This document shows positions 14,801 to 29,800 of a stretch of DNA of 64,000 nt, piece by piece; within the stretch, counting starts at the first letter, position 1; every line of letters begins with the position of its first letter. This DNA comes from Eledone cirrhosa (lineage: Eukaryota). The translations under genes were made by a program, and so were the position numbers. Under the pieces are notes generated by a model. It saw nothing but the letters and a program-made list of their open reading frames with translations, was not told where the DNA came from and made no database searches. The stretch is taken from NCBI GenBank assembly GCA_964016885.1, contig OZ024740.1, positions 133,610,001 through 133,674,000 on the forward strand. Reading direction: 5' to 3'.

Positions 14801-17800
14801 TATCACTTTCTTTAGATCTCTATAGCTAGCATGTATGACATTATTTAGGATTTTATAGCTAACATGTATGACATTCTTTATGTCTATATAGCTGGTATGT
14901 ATGATATTCTTTAGGTCTATATATCTAGGATGTTTGAGTTTATTTAAGTCATTATAGCTAACATGTAATGCATTCTTTAGGTCTTTATAGCTATCGTGTA
15001 TGACATTATTTAGGTCTAAATAGCTAACACGTACAACATTCTTTAATTCCATATAGATGGCATGTATGACATTCTTTAGGACTTTATAGCTAGCATGTAT
15101 GACATTCTTTAGTTCTTTATATCTAACATGTATGACAATCTGTAGATTTTATAGCTAGTATATATGACATTCTTTAGGTCTTTATAGCTAGCATGTATGA
15201 CATTCTTTAGGACTATATAGCTAGCATGTATGGCAATCTTTAAGTCTATATAGCTAACATGTATGACATTCTTTAAGTCTTTATAGCTAGCATGTTTGAC
15301 ATTCTTTAGGTCTATATAGCTAGCATGTAAGACATTCTTTAGGTTATATAGCTAGTGTGTATGACATTCTTTAGGTCTATGTAGCTAGCATGTATGACAT
15401 TCATAAGGTAAATATAGCTAGCATGTATGACATTCTTTAGGTCTTTATAGCTAGCATGTATGGCATTCTTTAGATCTTTATAGCTAACATGTATGACATT
15501 CTTTATGTCTTTATAGCTAACATTTATGACATTCTTTAGGTCTTTATAGCTAACATGTATGACATTCTTTAGGTCTTTATAGCTAGAATGTATGACATTC
15601 TTTAGGTCTTTATAGCTAACATGTATGACATGCTTTAGGTCTCTATAGTTAGTATGAATGACATTCTTTAGGTATTTATATCTAACATGTATGACATTCT
15701 TTAGATGTCTGTAGCTAGTATGTATGAATTTCGTTAGCTCTTTATAGCTACCATGAATGATATTCTTTAGGTCTATATAGCTAAAATGGATGACATTCTT
15801 TAGGGCTTTATAGCTAGTATGTATGGCATTCTTTCGGTCTTTATAGCTAGCATGTATGGTATTCTGTAGGCCTTTATAGCTATCATGTACGACATTTTTT
15901 AGGTCTATATAGCTAACATGTAAAACATTCTTTAATTCTATATAGATGGCATGTATAACATTTTTAGGGCTTTATAGCTAGTATGTATGACATTCTTTAG
16001 ATCTCTATAGCTAGCATGTATGCCGTTATTTAGGTCTTTATGGCTAACATGTATGACATTCTTTAGGTCTTTATAGCTAACATGTATAACATTCTTTAAG
16101 TCTTTATAGCTAACATGTATAACATTCTTTAAGTCTTTATAGCTAACATGTATAACATTCTTTACGTCTTTATAGCTAGCATGTACGACATTCTTTAGGT
16201 CTAAATAGCTAACATCTATGACTTTCTGTAGGTCTATATAGCTAGCATTTATGACATTCTGCAGGTCTATATAGCTAACATGTATGACATTCTTTAGGTC
16301 TATATAGCTAGCATGTAAGACATTCTGTAGGGCGATATATCTAGCATATATGACATTTTTTAGGTCTATATAGCTAGCATGTATGACATTCTTTAGGATT
16401 TTATAACTAGCATGTATGACATTATTTAGGTCTTATAGCTGGCATGTATGACATTCTTATGGTCGTTATAGCTAGTATGTATGACATTCTTTAGGTCGAA
16501 ATAGCTAACATGTATGACATTCTGTAGGTCTTTATGGCTAACATGTATGACATTCTGTAGGTATTTTTAGCTAGTATGTATGACATTCTTTATATCTTTA
16601 TAGCTAGAATGTATGACATTCTTTAGGTCTATGTAGCTAACATGTATGACATTCTTTAGGTATTTATAGCTAGTATGTATGACATTCTTTAGATCTTAAT
16701 AGCTAGCATGTATGACATTCTTTAGGTCTTAATAGCTGGTATGTACGACATTGTTTATGTCTTTATAGCTAACGTGTATGACAATCTTTAGGTCTATATA
16801 GCTAACATATATGACATTCATTACGTCTATATAGCTAACATGTATGACCTTCTTTACATCTATATAGTTAACATGTATGACATTCTTTAGGTCTATATAG
16901 CTAACATGTATGACATCCTTTAGGTCTTTATAGCTAGCATGTATGACATTCTTTAGGTATTTATAGCTAGCATGTATGACAATCTTTAGGTCTACATAGC
17001 TAACATGTATGACATTCTTTAGATTTATATATCTAGCATGTATGACATTCTTTAGTTCTATATAGGTAGCATGTATGACATTCTATAGGTCTATATAGCT
17101 AGCATGTATTACATTCTTTAGGTCTATATATCTAGTATGTTTGACATTCTTTAGGTCTTTATAGCTCACATGTATGATATTCCTTAGGTCTATATAGCTA
17201 GCATGTATGACATTCTTTAGGTCTTTATAGCTAACATGTATGACATTCTATATGTCTCTATAGCTAGTATGTATGACATTATTTAGGTCTTTATAGCTAA
17301 CATGTATGACATTAATTAGATCTCTATAGCTAGTATGTATGACATTCTTGAGGTCTATATATCTAACATGTATGACATTCTTAAGATCTTTATAGCTAGC
17401 ATGTATGACATTCTTTAGGTCTTTATAGCTAACATGTAATACATTCTTTAGGTCTTTATAGCTAGCATGTATGACATTCTTTAGCTCTTTATAGATAATA
17501 TGTAATACATTCTTTAGGTATTTATAGCTAGCATGTATGACATTCTTTAGGTCTATATAGCTAACATGTATGACATTATTTAGGTCTTTATAGCTAGCAT
17601 GTATGACATTCTTTAGGTCTATATAGCTAGCATGTATGACATTCTATAGGGCTATATAGCTAGCATGTATGACAATCTTTAGGTCTATATAGCTAACATG
17701 TATGACATTCTTTAGGCCTTTATAGCTAGGATGTTTCACATTATTTAGGTCTATATAGCTAGCATATATGACATTCTTTAGGTCTTTATAGCTAGTATGT

Positions 17801-20800
17801 ATGACATTAATTAGATCTCTATAGCTAGTATGTATGACATTGTTGAGGTTTATATATCTAGCATGTATGACATTATTTAGGTCTTTATAGCTGGCATGTA
17901 TGACATTCTTATGATCGTTGTAGCTAGTATGCATGACATTCTTTAGGTCGTTATAGCTAGCATGTATGACATTCTTTAGGTCTTTATAGCTAACATGTAT
18001 GACATTCTTTAGATCTCTATAGCTAACATGTATGACATTCTTTAGGTCTTTATAGCTAGAATGTATGACATTCTTTAGGTCTATATAGCTGGTATGTATG
18101 ACATTCTTTAGGTCTATATATCTAGTATGTTTGACATTATTTAGGTCTTTATAGCTCGCATGTATGATATTCCTTAGGTCTATATAGCTAGCATGTATGA
18201 CATTCTTTAGCACTTTATAACTAGCATGTATGACATTATTCAGGTCTTTATAGCTAGCATGTATGACAGTCTTTAGCGCCATATAGCTAACATGTATGAC
18301 ATTATTCAGGTCTAAATAGCTAACATATATGACATTCTGTAGGTCTATATAGCTAACATGTATTACATTCTTTAGGTCTTTATAGCTAACATATATCACT
18401 TTCTGTAGGTCTATATAGCTAGCATTTATCACATTCTGCAGGTCTATATAGCTAGCATGTAAGACATTCTGTAGATCGATATAGCTAGCATATATGACAT
18501 TTTTTAGGTCTATATAGCTAGCATGTATGACATTCTTTAGGACTTTATAACTAGCATGTATGACATTATTTAGGTCTTTATAGCTGGCATGTATGACATT
18601 CTTATGATCGTTATAGCTAGTATGTATGACATTCTTTAGGTCGTTATAGCTAGCATGTATGACATTCTTTAGATCTTTATAGCTAGCATGTATGACATTC
18701 TTTAGGTTTTATAGCTAACATGTAATACATTATTTAGGTCTTTATAGCTAGCATGTATGACATTCTTTAGTTTTATAGCTAACATGTATGACATTCTTTA
18801 GGTCTATATAGTTAGTATGTATGACATTCTTTAGTTCTTTATAGCTAACATGTATGACATTCCTTAGGTCTTTGTAGCTAACATGTATGACATTATTTAG
18901 GTCTTTATAGCTAGCATGTATGACACTCTTTAGGTCTTTATAGCAAGCATGTATGACATTCTTTAGGTTTTTATAGCTAACATGTAATACATTCTTTAGG
19001 TCTTTATAGCTAGCATGTATGACATTCTTTAGGACTATATAGCTAGCATGTATGGCAATCTTTAAGTCTATATAGCTAACATGTATGACATTCTTTAAGT
19101 CTTTATAGCTAGCATGTTTGACATTCTTTAGGTCTATATAGCTAGCATGTAAGACATTCTTTAGGTTATATAGCTAGTGTGTATGACATTCTTTAGGTCT
19201 ATGTAGCTAGCATGTATGACATTCATTAGGTAAATATAGCTACCATGTATGACATTCTTTAGGTCTTTATAGCTAGCATGTATGGCATTCTTTAGATCTT
19301 TATAGCTAACATGTATGACATTCTTTATGTCTTTATAGCTAACATTTATGACATTCTTTAGGTCTTTATAGCTAACATGTATGACATTCTTTAGGTCTTT
19401 ATAGCTAGAATGTATGACATTCTTTAGGTCTTTATAGCTAACATGTATGACATGCTTTAGGTCTCTATAGTTAGTATGAATGACATTCTTTAGGTATTTA
19501 TATCTAACATGTATGACATTCTTTAGATGTCTGTAACTAGTATGTATGAATTTCGTTAGCTCTTTATAGCTACCATGAATGATATTCTTTAGGTCTATAT
19601 AGCTAAAATGTATGACATTCTTTAGGGCTTTATAGCTAGTATGTATGGCATTCTTTAGGTCTTTATAGCTAGCATGTATGGTATTCTGTAGGCCTTTATA
19701 GCTATCATGTACGACATTTTTTAGGTCTATATAGCTAACATGTAAAACATTCTTTAATTCTATATAGATGGCATGTATAACATTTTTAGGTCTTTATAGC
19801 TAGTATGTATGACATTCTTTAGATCTCTATAGCTAGCATGTATGCCGTTATCTAGGTCTTTATGGCTAACATGTATGACATTCTTTAGGTCTTTATAGCT
19901 AACATGTATAACATTCTTTAAGTCTTTATAGCTAACATGTATAACATTCTTTAAGTCTTTATAGCTAACATGTATAACATTCTTTAAGTCTTTATAGCTA
20001 GCATGTACGACATTCTTTAGGTCTAAATAGCTAACATATATGACTTTCTGTAGGTCTATATAGCTAGCATTTATGACATTCTGCAGGTCTATATAGCTAA
20101 CATGTATGACATTCTTTAGGTCTATATAGCTAGCATGTAAGACATTCTGTAGGGCGATATATCTAGCATATTTGACATTTTTTAGGTCTATATAGCTAGC
20201 ATGTATGACATTCTTTAGGATTTTATAACTAGCATGTATGACATTATTTAGGTCTTATAGCTGGCATGTATGACATTCTTATGGTCGTTATAGCTAGTAT
20301 GTATGACATTCTTTAGGTCGAAATAGCTAACATGTATGACATTCTGTAGGTCTTTATGGCTAACATGTATGACATTCTGTAGGTATTTTTAGCTAGTATG
20401 TATGACATTCTTTAGATCTTTATAGCTAGAATGTATGTCATTCTTTAGGTCTATGTAGCTAACATGTATGACATTCTTTAGGTATTTATAGCTAGTATCT
20501 ATGACATTCTTTAGATCTTAATAGCTAGCATGTATGACATTCTTTAGGTCTTAATAGCTGGTATGTACGACATTGTTTATGTCTTTATAGCCAACGTGTA
20601 TGACAATCTTTAGGTCTATATAGCTAACATATATGACATTCATTACGTCTATATAGCTAACATGTATGACCTTCTTTACATCTATATAGTTAACATGTAT
20701 GACATTCTTTAGGTCTATATAGCTAACATGTATGACATCCTTTAGGTCTTTATAGCTAGCATGTATGACATTCTTTAGGTCTTTATAGCTAACATGTATG

Positions 20801-23800
20801 ACATTCTTTAGATCTCTATAGCTAACATGTATGACATTCTTTAGGTCTTTATAGCTAGAATGTATGACATTCTTTAGGTCTATATAGCTGGTATGTATGA
20901 CATTCTTTAGGTCTATATATCTAGTATGTTTGACATTATTTAGGTCTTTATAGCTCGCATGTATTATATTCCTTAGGTCTATATAGCTAGCATGTATGAC
21001 ATTCTTTAGGACTTTATAACTAGCATGTATGAGATTATTCAGGTCTTTATAGCTAGCATGTATGACAATCTGTAGATCTTTATAGCTAGTATGTATGCCA
21101 TTCTTTAGGTCTTTATAGCTAGTATGTATGACAGTCTTTAGCGCCATATAGCTAACATGTATGACATTCTTCAGGTCTAAATAGCTAACATATATGACAT
21201 TCTGTAGGTCTATATAGCTAACATGTATTACATTCTTTAGGTCTTTATAGCTAACATATATCACTTTCTGTAGGTCTATATAGCTAGCATTTATCACATT
21301 CTGCAGGTCTATATAGCTAGCATGTAAGACATTCTCTAGATCGATATAGCTAGCATATATGACATTTTTTAGGTCTATATAGCTAGCATGTATGACATTC
21401 TTTAGGACTTTATAACTAGCATGTATGACATTATTTAGGTCTTTATAGCTGGCATGTATGACATTCTTATGATCGTTATAGCTAGTATGTATGACATTCT
21501 TTAGGTCGTTATAGCTAGCATGTATGACATTCTTTAGATCTTTATAGCTAGCATGTATGACATTCTTTAGGTTTTATAGCTAACATGTAATACATTATTT
21601 AGGTCTTTATAGCTAGCATGTATGACATTCTTTAGTTTTATAGCTAACATGTATGACATTCTTTAGGTCTATATAGCTAGTATGTATGACATTCTTTAGT
21701 TCTTTATAGCTAACATGTATGACATTCCTTAGGTCTTTGTAGCTAACATGTATGACATTATTTAGGTCTTTATAGCTAGCATGTATGACATTCTTTAGGT
21801 CTTTATAGCAAGCATGTATGACATTCTTTAGGTTTTTATAGCTAACATGTAATACATTCTTTAGGTGGTTTATATCTAGCATGTATGACATTCTTTAGGA
21901 CTATATAGCTAGCATGTATGGCAATCTTTAAGTCTATATAGCTAACATGTATGACATTCTTTAAGTCTTTATAGCTAGCATGTTTGACATTCTTTAGGTC
22001 TATATAGCTAGCATGTAAGACATTCTTTAGGTTATATAGCTAGTGTGTATGACATTCTTTAGTTCTATGTAGCTAACATGTATGACATTCATTAGGTAAA
22101 TATAGCTACCATGTATGACATTCTTTAGGTCTTTATAGCTAGCATGTATGGCATTCTTTAGATCTTTATAGCTAACATGTATGACATTCTTTATGTCTTT
22201 ATAGCTAACATTTATGACATTCTTTAGGTCTTTATAGCTAACATGTATGACATTCTTTAGGTCTTTATAGCTAGAATGTATGACATTCTTTAGGTCTTTA
22301 TAGCTAACATGTATGACATGCTTTAGGTCTCTATAGTTAGTATGAATGACATTCTTTAGGTAATTATATCTAACATGTATGACATTCTTTAGATGTCTGT
22401 AGCTAGTATGTATGAATTTCGTTAGCTCTTTATAGCTACCATGAATGATATTCTTTAGGTCTATATAGCTAAAATGTATGACATTCTTTAGGGCTTTATA
22501 GCTAGTATGTATGGCATTCTTTAGGTCTTTATAGCTAGCATGTATGGTATTCTGTAGGCCTTTATAGCTATCATGTACGACATTTTTTAGGTCTATATAG
22601 CTAACATGTACAACATTCTTTAATTCTATATAGATGGCATGTATAACATTTTTAGGTCTTTATAGCTAGTATGTATGACATTCTTTAGATCTCTATAGCT
22701 AGCATGTATGCCGTTATCTAGGTCTTTATGGCTAACATGTATGACATTCTTTAGGTCTTTATAGCTAACATGTATAACATTCTTTAAGTCTTTATAGCTA
22801 ACATGTATAACATTCTTTAAGTCTTTATAGCTAACATGTATAACATTCTTTAAGTCTTTATAGCTAGCATGTACGACATTCTTTAGGTCTAAATAGCTAA
22901 CATATATGACTTTCTGTAGGTCTATATAGCTAGCATTTATGACATTCTGCAGGTCTATATAGCTAACATGTATGACATTCTTTAGGTCTATATAGCTAGC
23001 ATGTAAGACATTCTGTAGGGCGATATATCTAGCATATATGACATTTTTTAGGTCTATATAGCTAGCATGTATGACATTCTTTAGGATTTTATAACTAGCA
23101 TGTATGACATTATTTAGGTCTTATAGCTGGCATGTATGACATTCTTATGGTCGTTATAGCTAGTATGTATGACATTCTTTAGGTCGAAATAGCTAACATG
23201 TATGATATTCTGTAGGTCTTTATGGCTAACATGTATGACATTCTGTAGGTATTTTTAGCTAGTATGTATGACATTCTTTAGATCTTTATAGCTAGAATGT
23301 ATGTCATTCTTTAGGTCTATGTAGCTAACATGTATGACATTCTTTAGGTATTTATAGCTAGTATGTATGACATTCTTTAGATCTTAATAGCTAGCATGTA
23401 TGACATTCTTTAGGTCTTAATAGCTGGTATGTACGACATTGTTTATGTCTTTATAGCTAACGTGTATGACAATCTTTAGGTCTATATAGCTAACATATAT
23501 GACATTCATTACGTCTATATAGCTAACATGTATGACCTTCTTTACATCTATATAGTTAACATGTATGACATTCTTTAGGTCTATATAGCTAACATGTATG
23601 ACATCCTTTAGGTCTTTATAGCTAACATGTATGACATTCTTTAGATTTATATATCTAGCATGTATGACATTCTTTAGGTCTATATAGGTAGCATGTATGA
23701 CATTCTATAGGTCTATATAGCTAGCATGTATTACATTCTTTAGGTCTATATATCTAGTATGTTTGACATTCTTTAGGTCTTTATAGCTCACATGTATGAC

Positions 23801-26800
23801 ATTCTATATGTCTCTATAGCTAGTATGTATGACATTCTTTAGGTCTTTATAGCTAACATGTATGACATTAATTAGATCTCTATAGCTAGTATGTATGACA
23901 TTCTTGAGGTCTATATATCTAACATGTATGACATTCTTAAGATCTTTATAGCTAGCATGTATAACATTCTTTAGGTCTTTATAGCTAACATGTAATACAT
24001 TCTTTAGGTCTTTATAGCTAGCATGTATGACATTCTGTAGGTCTTTATAGATAATATGTAATACATTCTTTAGGTATTTATAGCTAGCATGTATGACATT
24101 CTTTAGGTCTATATAGCTAACATGTATGACATTATTTAGGTCTTTATAGCTAGCATGTATGACATTCTTTAGGTCTATATAGCTAGCATGTATGACATTC
24201 TATAGGGCTATATAGCTAGCATGTATGACAATCTTTAGGTCTATATAGCTAACATGTATGACATTCTTTAGGCCTTTATAGCTAGGATGTTTCACATTAT
24301 TTAGGTCTATATAGCTAGCATGTATGACATTCTTTAGGTCTTTATAGCTAGTATGTATGACATTAATTAGATCTCTATAGCTAGTATGTATGACATTCTT
24401 GAGGTCTATATAGCTAGCATGTATGACATTATTTAGGTCTTTATAGCTGGCATGTATGACATTCTTATGATCGTTGTAGCTAGTATGCATGACATTCTTT
24501 ATGTCGTTATAGCTAGCATGTATGACATTCTTTAGGTCTTTATAGCTAACATGTATGACATTCTTTAGATCTCTATAGCTAACATGTATGACATTCTTTA
24601 GGTCTTTATAGCTAGAATGTATGACATTCTTTAGGTCTATATAGCTGGTATGTATGACATTCTTTAGGTCTATATATCTAGTATGTTTGACATTATTTAG
24701 GTCTTTATAGCTCGCATGCATGATATTCCTTAGGTCTATATAGCTAGCATGTATGACATTCTTTAGGACTTTATAACTAGTATGTATGACATTATTCACG
24801 TCTTTATAGCTAGCATGTATGACAATCTGTAGATCTTTATAGCTAGTATGTATGCCATTCTTTAGGTCTTTATAGCTAGTATGTATGACAGTCTTTAGCG
24901 CCATATAGCTAACATGTATGACATTCTTCAGGTCTAAATAGCTAACATATATGACATTCTGTAGGTCTATATAGCTAACATGTATTACATTCTTTAGGTC
25001 TTTATAGCTAACATATATCACTTTCTGTAGGTCTATATAGCTAGCATTTATCACATTCTGCAGGTCTATATAGCTAGCATGTAAGACATTCTGTAGATAG
25101 ATATAGCTAGCATATATGACATTTTTTAGGTCTATATAGCTAGCATGTATGACATTCTTTAGGACTTTATAACTAGCATGTATGACATTATTTAGGTCTT
25201 TATAGCTGGCATGTATGACATTCTTATGATCGTTATAGCTAGTATGTATGACATTCTTTAGGTCGTTATAGCTAGCATGTATGACATTCTTTAGATCTTT
25301 ATAGCTAGCATGTATGACATTCTTTAGGTTTTATAGCTAACATGTAATACATTATTTAGGTCTTTATAGCTAGCATGTATGACATTCTTTAGTTTTATAG
25401 CTAACATGTATGACATTCTTTAGGTCTATATAGCTAGTATGTATGACATTCTTTAGTTCTTTATAGCTAACATGTATGACATTCTTGAGATCTTTGTAGC
25501 TAGTATGTATGATATTCTTTAAGTCTTTATAGCTAGCATGTATTACATTCTTTATGTCTATATTGCTAGCATGTATGACATTCTTTAGGTCTATATAGCT
25601 AGCATGTATGACATTCTTTAGGCCTTTATACAGCTAGCATGTTTGACATTCTTTAGGTCTATACAGCTAGCATGTATGACATTCTTTAGATTTATATAGC
25701 TAGTATGTATGACATTCATTAGGTAAATATAGCTAGCATGTATGACATTCTGTAGGCCTATATATCTAACATGTATGACATTCTTTAGATATTTATAGCT
25801 AGCATCTATGGCATTTTTTAGATCTTTATAGTTAGCACGTATGGCATTATGTAGGCCTTTATAGCTAACATGTATGATATTCCTTAGGTCTTTGTAGCTA
25901 ACATGTATGACATTCTTTAGGTCTTTATAGCTAGTATGTATGACATTCTTTATGTATTTATATATAACATATATGACATTCTTTAGATGTCTGTAGCTAG
26001 AATGTATGACATTCTTTAGGTCTTTATAGCTAGTATGTATGACATAATATAGGTCTTTATAGCAAACATGTATCACATTCTTTAGATCTCTATAGCTAGC
26101 ATGTATGACATTATTTAGGATTTTATAGCTAACATGTATGACATTCATTAGGTCTATATAGCTGGTATGTATGACATTATTTAGGTCTATATATCTAGGA
26201 TGTTTGACATTATGTAAGTCTTTATAGCTAACATGTAATGCATTCTTTAGGTCTTTATAGCTATCATGTATGACATTATTTAGGTCTAAATAGCTAACAT
26301 GTACAACATTCTTTAATTCTATATAGATGGCATGTATGACATTCTTTAGGACTTTATAGCTAGCATGTATGACATTCTTTAGGTCTTTATATGTAACATG
26401 TATGACAATCTGTAGATTTTATAGCTAGTATATATGACATTCTTTAGGTCTTTATATCTAAAATGTATGACATTCTTTAGGTCTTTATAGCTAACATGTA
26501 TGACATTCTTTAGGTGTTTATAGCTAGCATGTATGACATTCTTTAGGTCTTTATAGCTAACATGTATGACATTATTTAGGTCTTTATAGCTAGCGTGTAT
26601 GACATTCTTTAGGTCTTTATAGCAAGCATGTATGACATTCTTTAGGTTTTTATAGCTTACATGTAATACATTATTTAGGACTTTATAGATAGCATGTATG
26701 ACATTCTTAAGGTTTTTATAGCTTACATGTAATACATTATTTAGGTCTTTATAGATAGCATGTATGACATTCTTTAGCTCTATATAGCTAGCATGTATGG

Positions 26801-29800
26801 CAATCTTTAAGTCTATATAGCTAACATGTATCACATTCTTTAAGTCTTTATAGCTAGCATGTTTGACATTCTTTAGGTCTATATAGCTAGCATGTATGAC
26901 ATTCTTTAGGTTATATAGCTAGTGTGTATGACATTCTTTAGGTCTATGTAGCTAGCATGTATGACATTCATTAGGTAAATATAGCTAACATGTATGACAT
27001 TCTTTAGGTCTTTATAGCTAGCATGTATGGCATTCTGTAGACTTTATAGCTAACATGTATGGCATTCCTTAGGTCTTTGTAGCTAACATGTATGACATTC
27101 TTTAGGTCTTTATAGCTAGTATGTATGACATTCTTTATGTATTTATATCTAACATGTATGACATTCTTTAGATGTCTGTAGCTAGAATGTATGACATTCT
27201 TTAGGTCTTTATAGCTAGTATGTATGACATTATATAGGTCTTTATAGCTAACATGTATCACATTCTTTAGATCCCTATAGCTAGCATGTATGACATTATT
27301 TAGGATTTTATAGCTAACATGTATGACATTCATTAGGTCTATATAGCTGGTATGTATGACATTCTTTAGGTCTATATATCTAGGATGTTTGACATTATGT
27401 AAGTCTTTATAGCTAACATGTAATGCATTCTTTAGGTCTTTATAGCTATCATGTATGACATTATTTAGGTCTAAATAGCTAACATGTACAACATTCTTTA
27501 ATTCTATATAGATGGCATGTATGACATTCTTTAGGACTTTATAGCTAGCATGTATGACATTCTTTAGGTCTTTATATCTAACACGTATGACAATCTGTAG
27601 ATTTTATAGCTAGTATATATGACATTCTTTAGGTCTTTATAGCTAGCATGTATGACATTCTTTAGGTCTTTATAGCTAACATGTATGACATTATTTAGGT
27701 CTTTATAGCTAGCGTGTATGACATTCTTTAGGTCTTTATAGATAGCATGTATGACATTCTTTAGGTCTATATAGCTAGCATGTATGGCAATCTTTAAGTC
27801 TATATAGCTAACATGTATGACATTCTTTAAGTCTTTATAGCTAGCATGTTTGACATTCTTTAGGTCTATATAGCTAGCATGTATGACATTCTTTAGGTTA
27901 TATAACTAGTGTGTATGACATTCTTTAGGTCTATGTAGCTAGCATGTATGACATTCATTAGGTAAATATAGCTAGCATGTATGACATTCTTTAGGTCTTT
28001 ATAGCTAGCATGTATGGCATTCTGTAGGCCTTTATAGCTAACAAGTATGACATTCCTTAGGTCTTTATAGCTAACATGTATGACATTATTTAGGTCTTTA
28101 TAGCTAGCATGTATGACATTCTTTAGGTCTTTATAGCAAGCATGTATGACATTCTTTAGGTTTTTATAGCTAACATGTAATACATTCTTTAGGTCTTTAT
28201 AGCTAGCATGTATGACATTCTTTAGGTCTATATAGCTAGCATGTATGGCAATCTTTAAGTCTATATAGCTAACATTTATGACATTCTTTAAGTCTTTATA
28301 GCTAGCATGTTTGACATTTTTTAGGTCTATATAGCTAGCATGTATTACATTCTTTAGGTCTATATATCTAGTATGTTTGACATTCTTTAGGTCTTTATAG
28401 CTAACATGTAATACATTCTATAGGTCTTTATAGCTAGCATGTATGACATTCTTTAGGTCTTTATAGCTAATATGTAATACATTCTTTAGGTCTTTATAGC
28501 TAGTATGTATGACATTATATAGGTCTTTATAGCTAACATGTATCACTTTCTTTAGATCTCTATAGCTAGTATGTATGACATTCTTTAGGTCTTTATAGCT
28601 AACATGTATGACATTAATTAGATCTCTATAGCTAGTATGTATGACATTCTTGAGGTCTATATATCTAACATGTATGACATTCTTAAGATCTTTATAGCTA
28701 GCATGTATGACATTCTTTAGGTCTTTATAGCTAACATGTAATACATTCTATAGGTCTTTATAGCTAGCATGTATGACATTCTTTAGGTCTTTATAGCTAA
28801 TATGTAATACATTCTTTAGGTCTTTATAGCTAATATGTAATACATTCTTTAGGTCTTTATAGCTAGTATGTCTGACATTATATAGGTCTTTATAGCTAAC
28901 ATGTATCACTTCCTTTAGATCTCTATAGCTAGCATGTATGACATTATTTAGGATTTTATAGCTAACATGTATGACATTCTTTATGTCTATATAGCTGGTA
29001 TGTATGACATTCTTTAGGTCTATATATCTAGGATGTTTGAGTTTATTTAAGTCTTTATAGCTAACATGTAATGCATTCTTTAGGTCTTTATAGCTATCAT
29101 GTATGACATTATTTAGGTCTAAATAGCTAACATGTACAACATTCTTTAATTCTATATAGATGGCATGTATGACATTCTTTAGGACTTTATAGCTAGCATG
29201 TATGACATTCTTTAGTTCTTTATATCTAACATGTATGACAATCTGTAGATTTTATAGCTAGAATATGACATTCTTTATGTCTTTATAGCTAACATGTATG
29301 ACATTCTTTAGGTCTTTATAGCTAACATGTATGACATTCTTTAGATCTCTATAGCTAGTATGTATGACATTCTTTAGGCCTTTATAGCAAGCATGTATGA
29401 AATTCTTTAGGTGTTTATAGCTAGCATGTATGACATTCTTTAGGTCTTTATAGCTAACATGTATGACATTATTTAGGTCTTTATAGCTAGCATGTATGAC
29501 ATTCTTTAGGTCTTTATTGCAAGCATGTATGACATTCTTTAGGTTTTTATAGCTAACATGTATTACATTCTTTAGGTCTTTATAGCTAGCATGTATGACA
29601 TTCTTTAGGTCTATATAGCTAGCATGTATGGCAATCTTTAAGTCTATATAGCTAACATGTATGACATTCTTTAAGTCTATATAGCTAGCATGTTTGACAT
29701 TCTTTAGGTCTATATAGCTAGCATGTAATACATTCTTTAGGTTATATAGCTAGTGTGTATGACATTCTTTAGGTCTATGTAGCTAGCATGTATGACATTC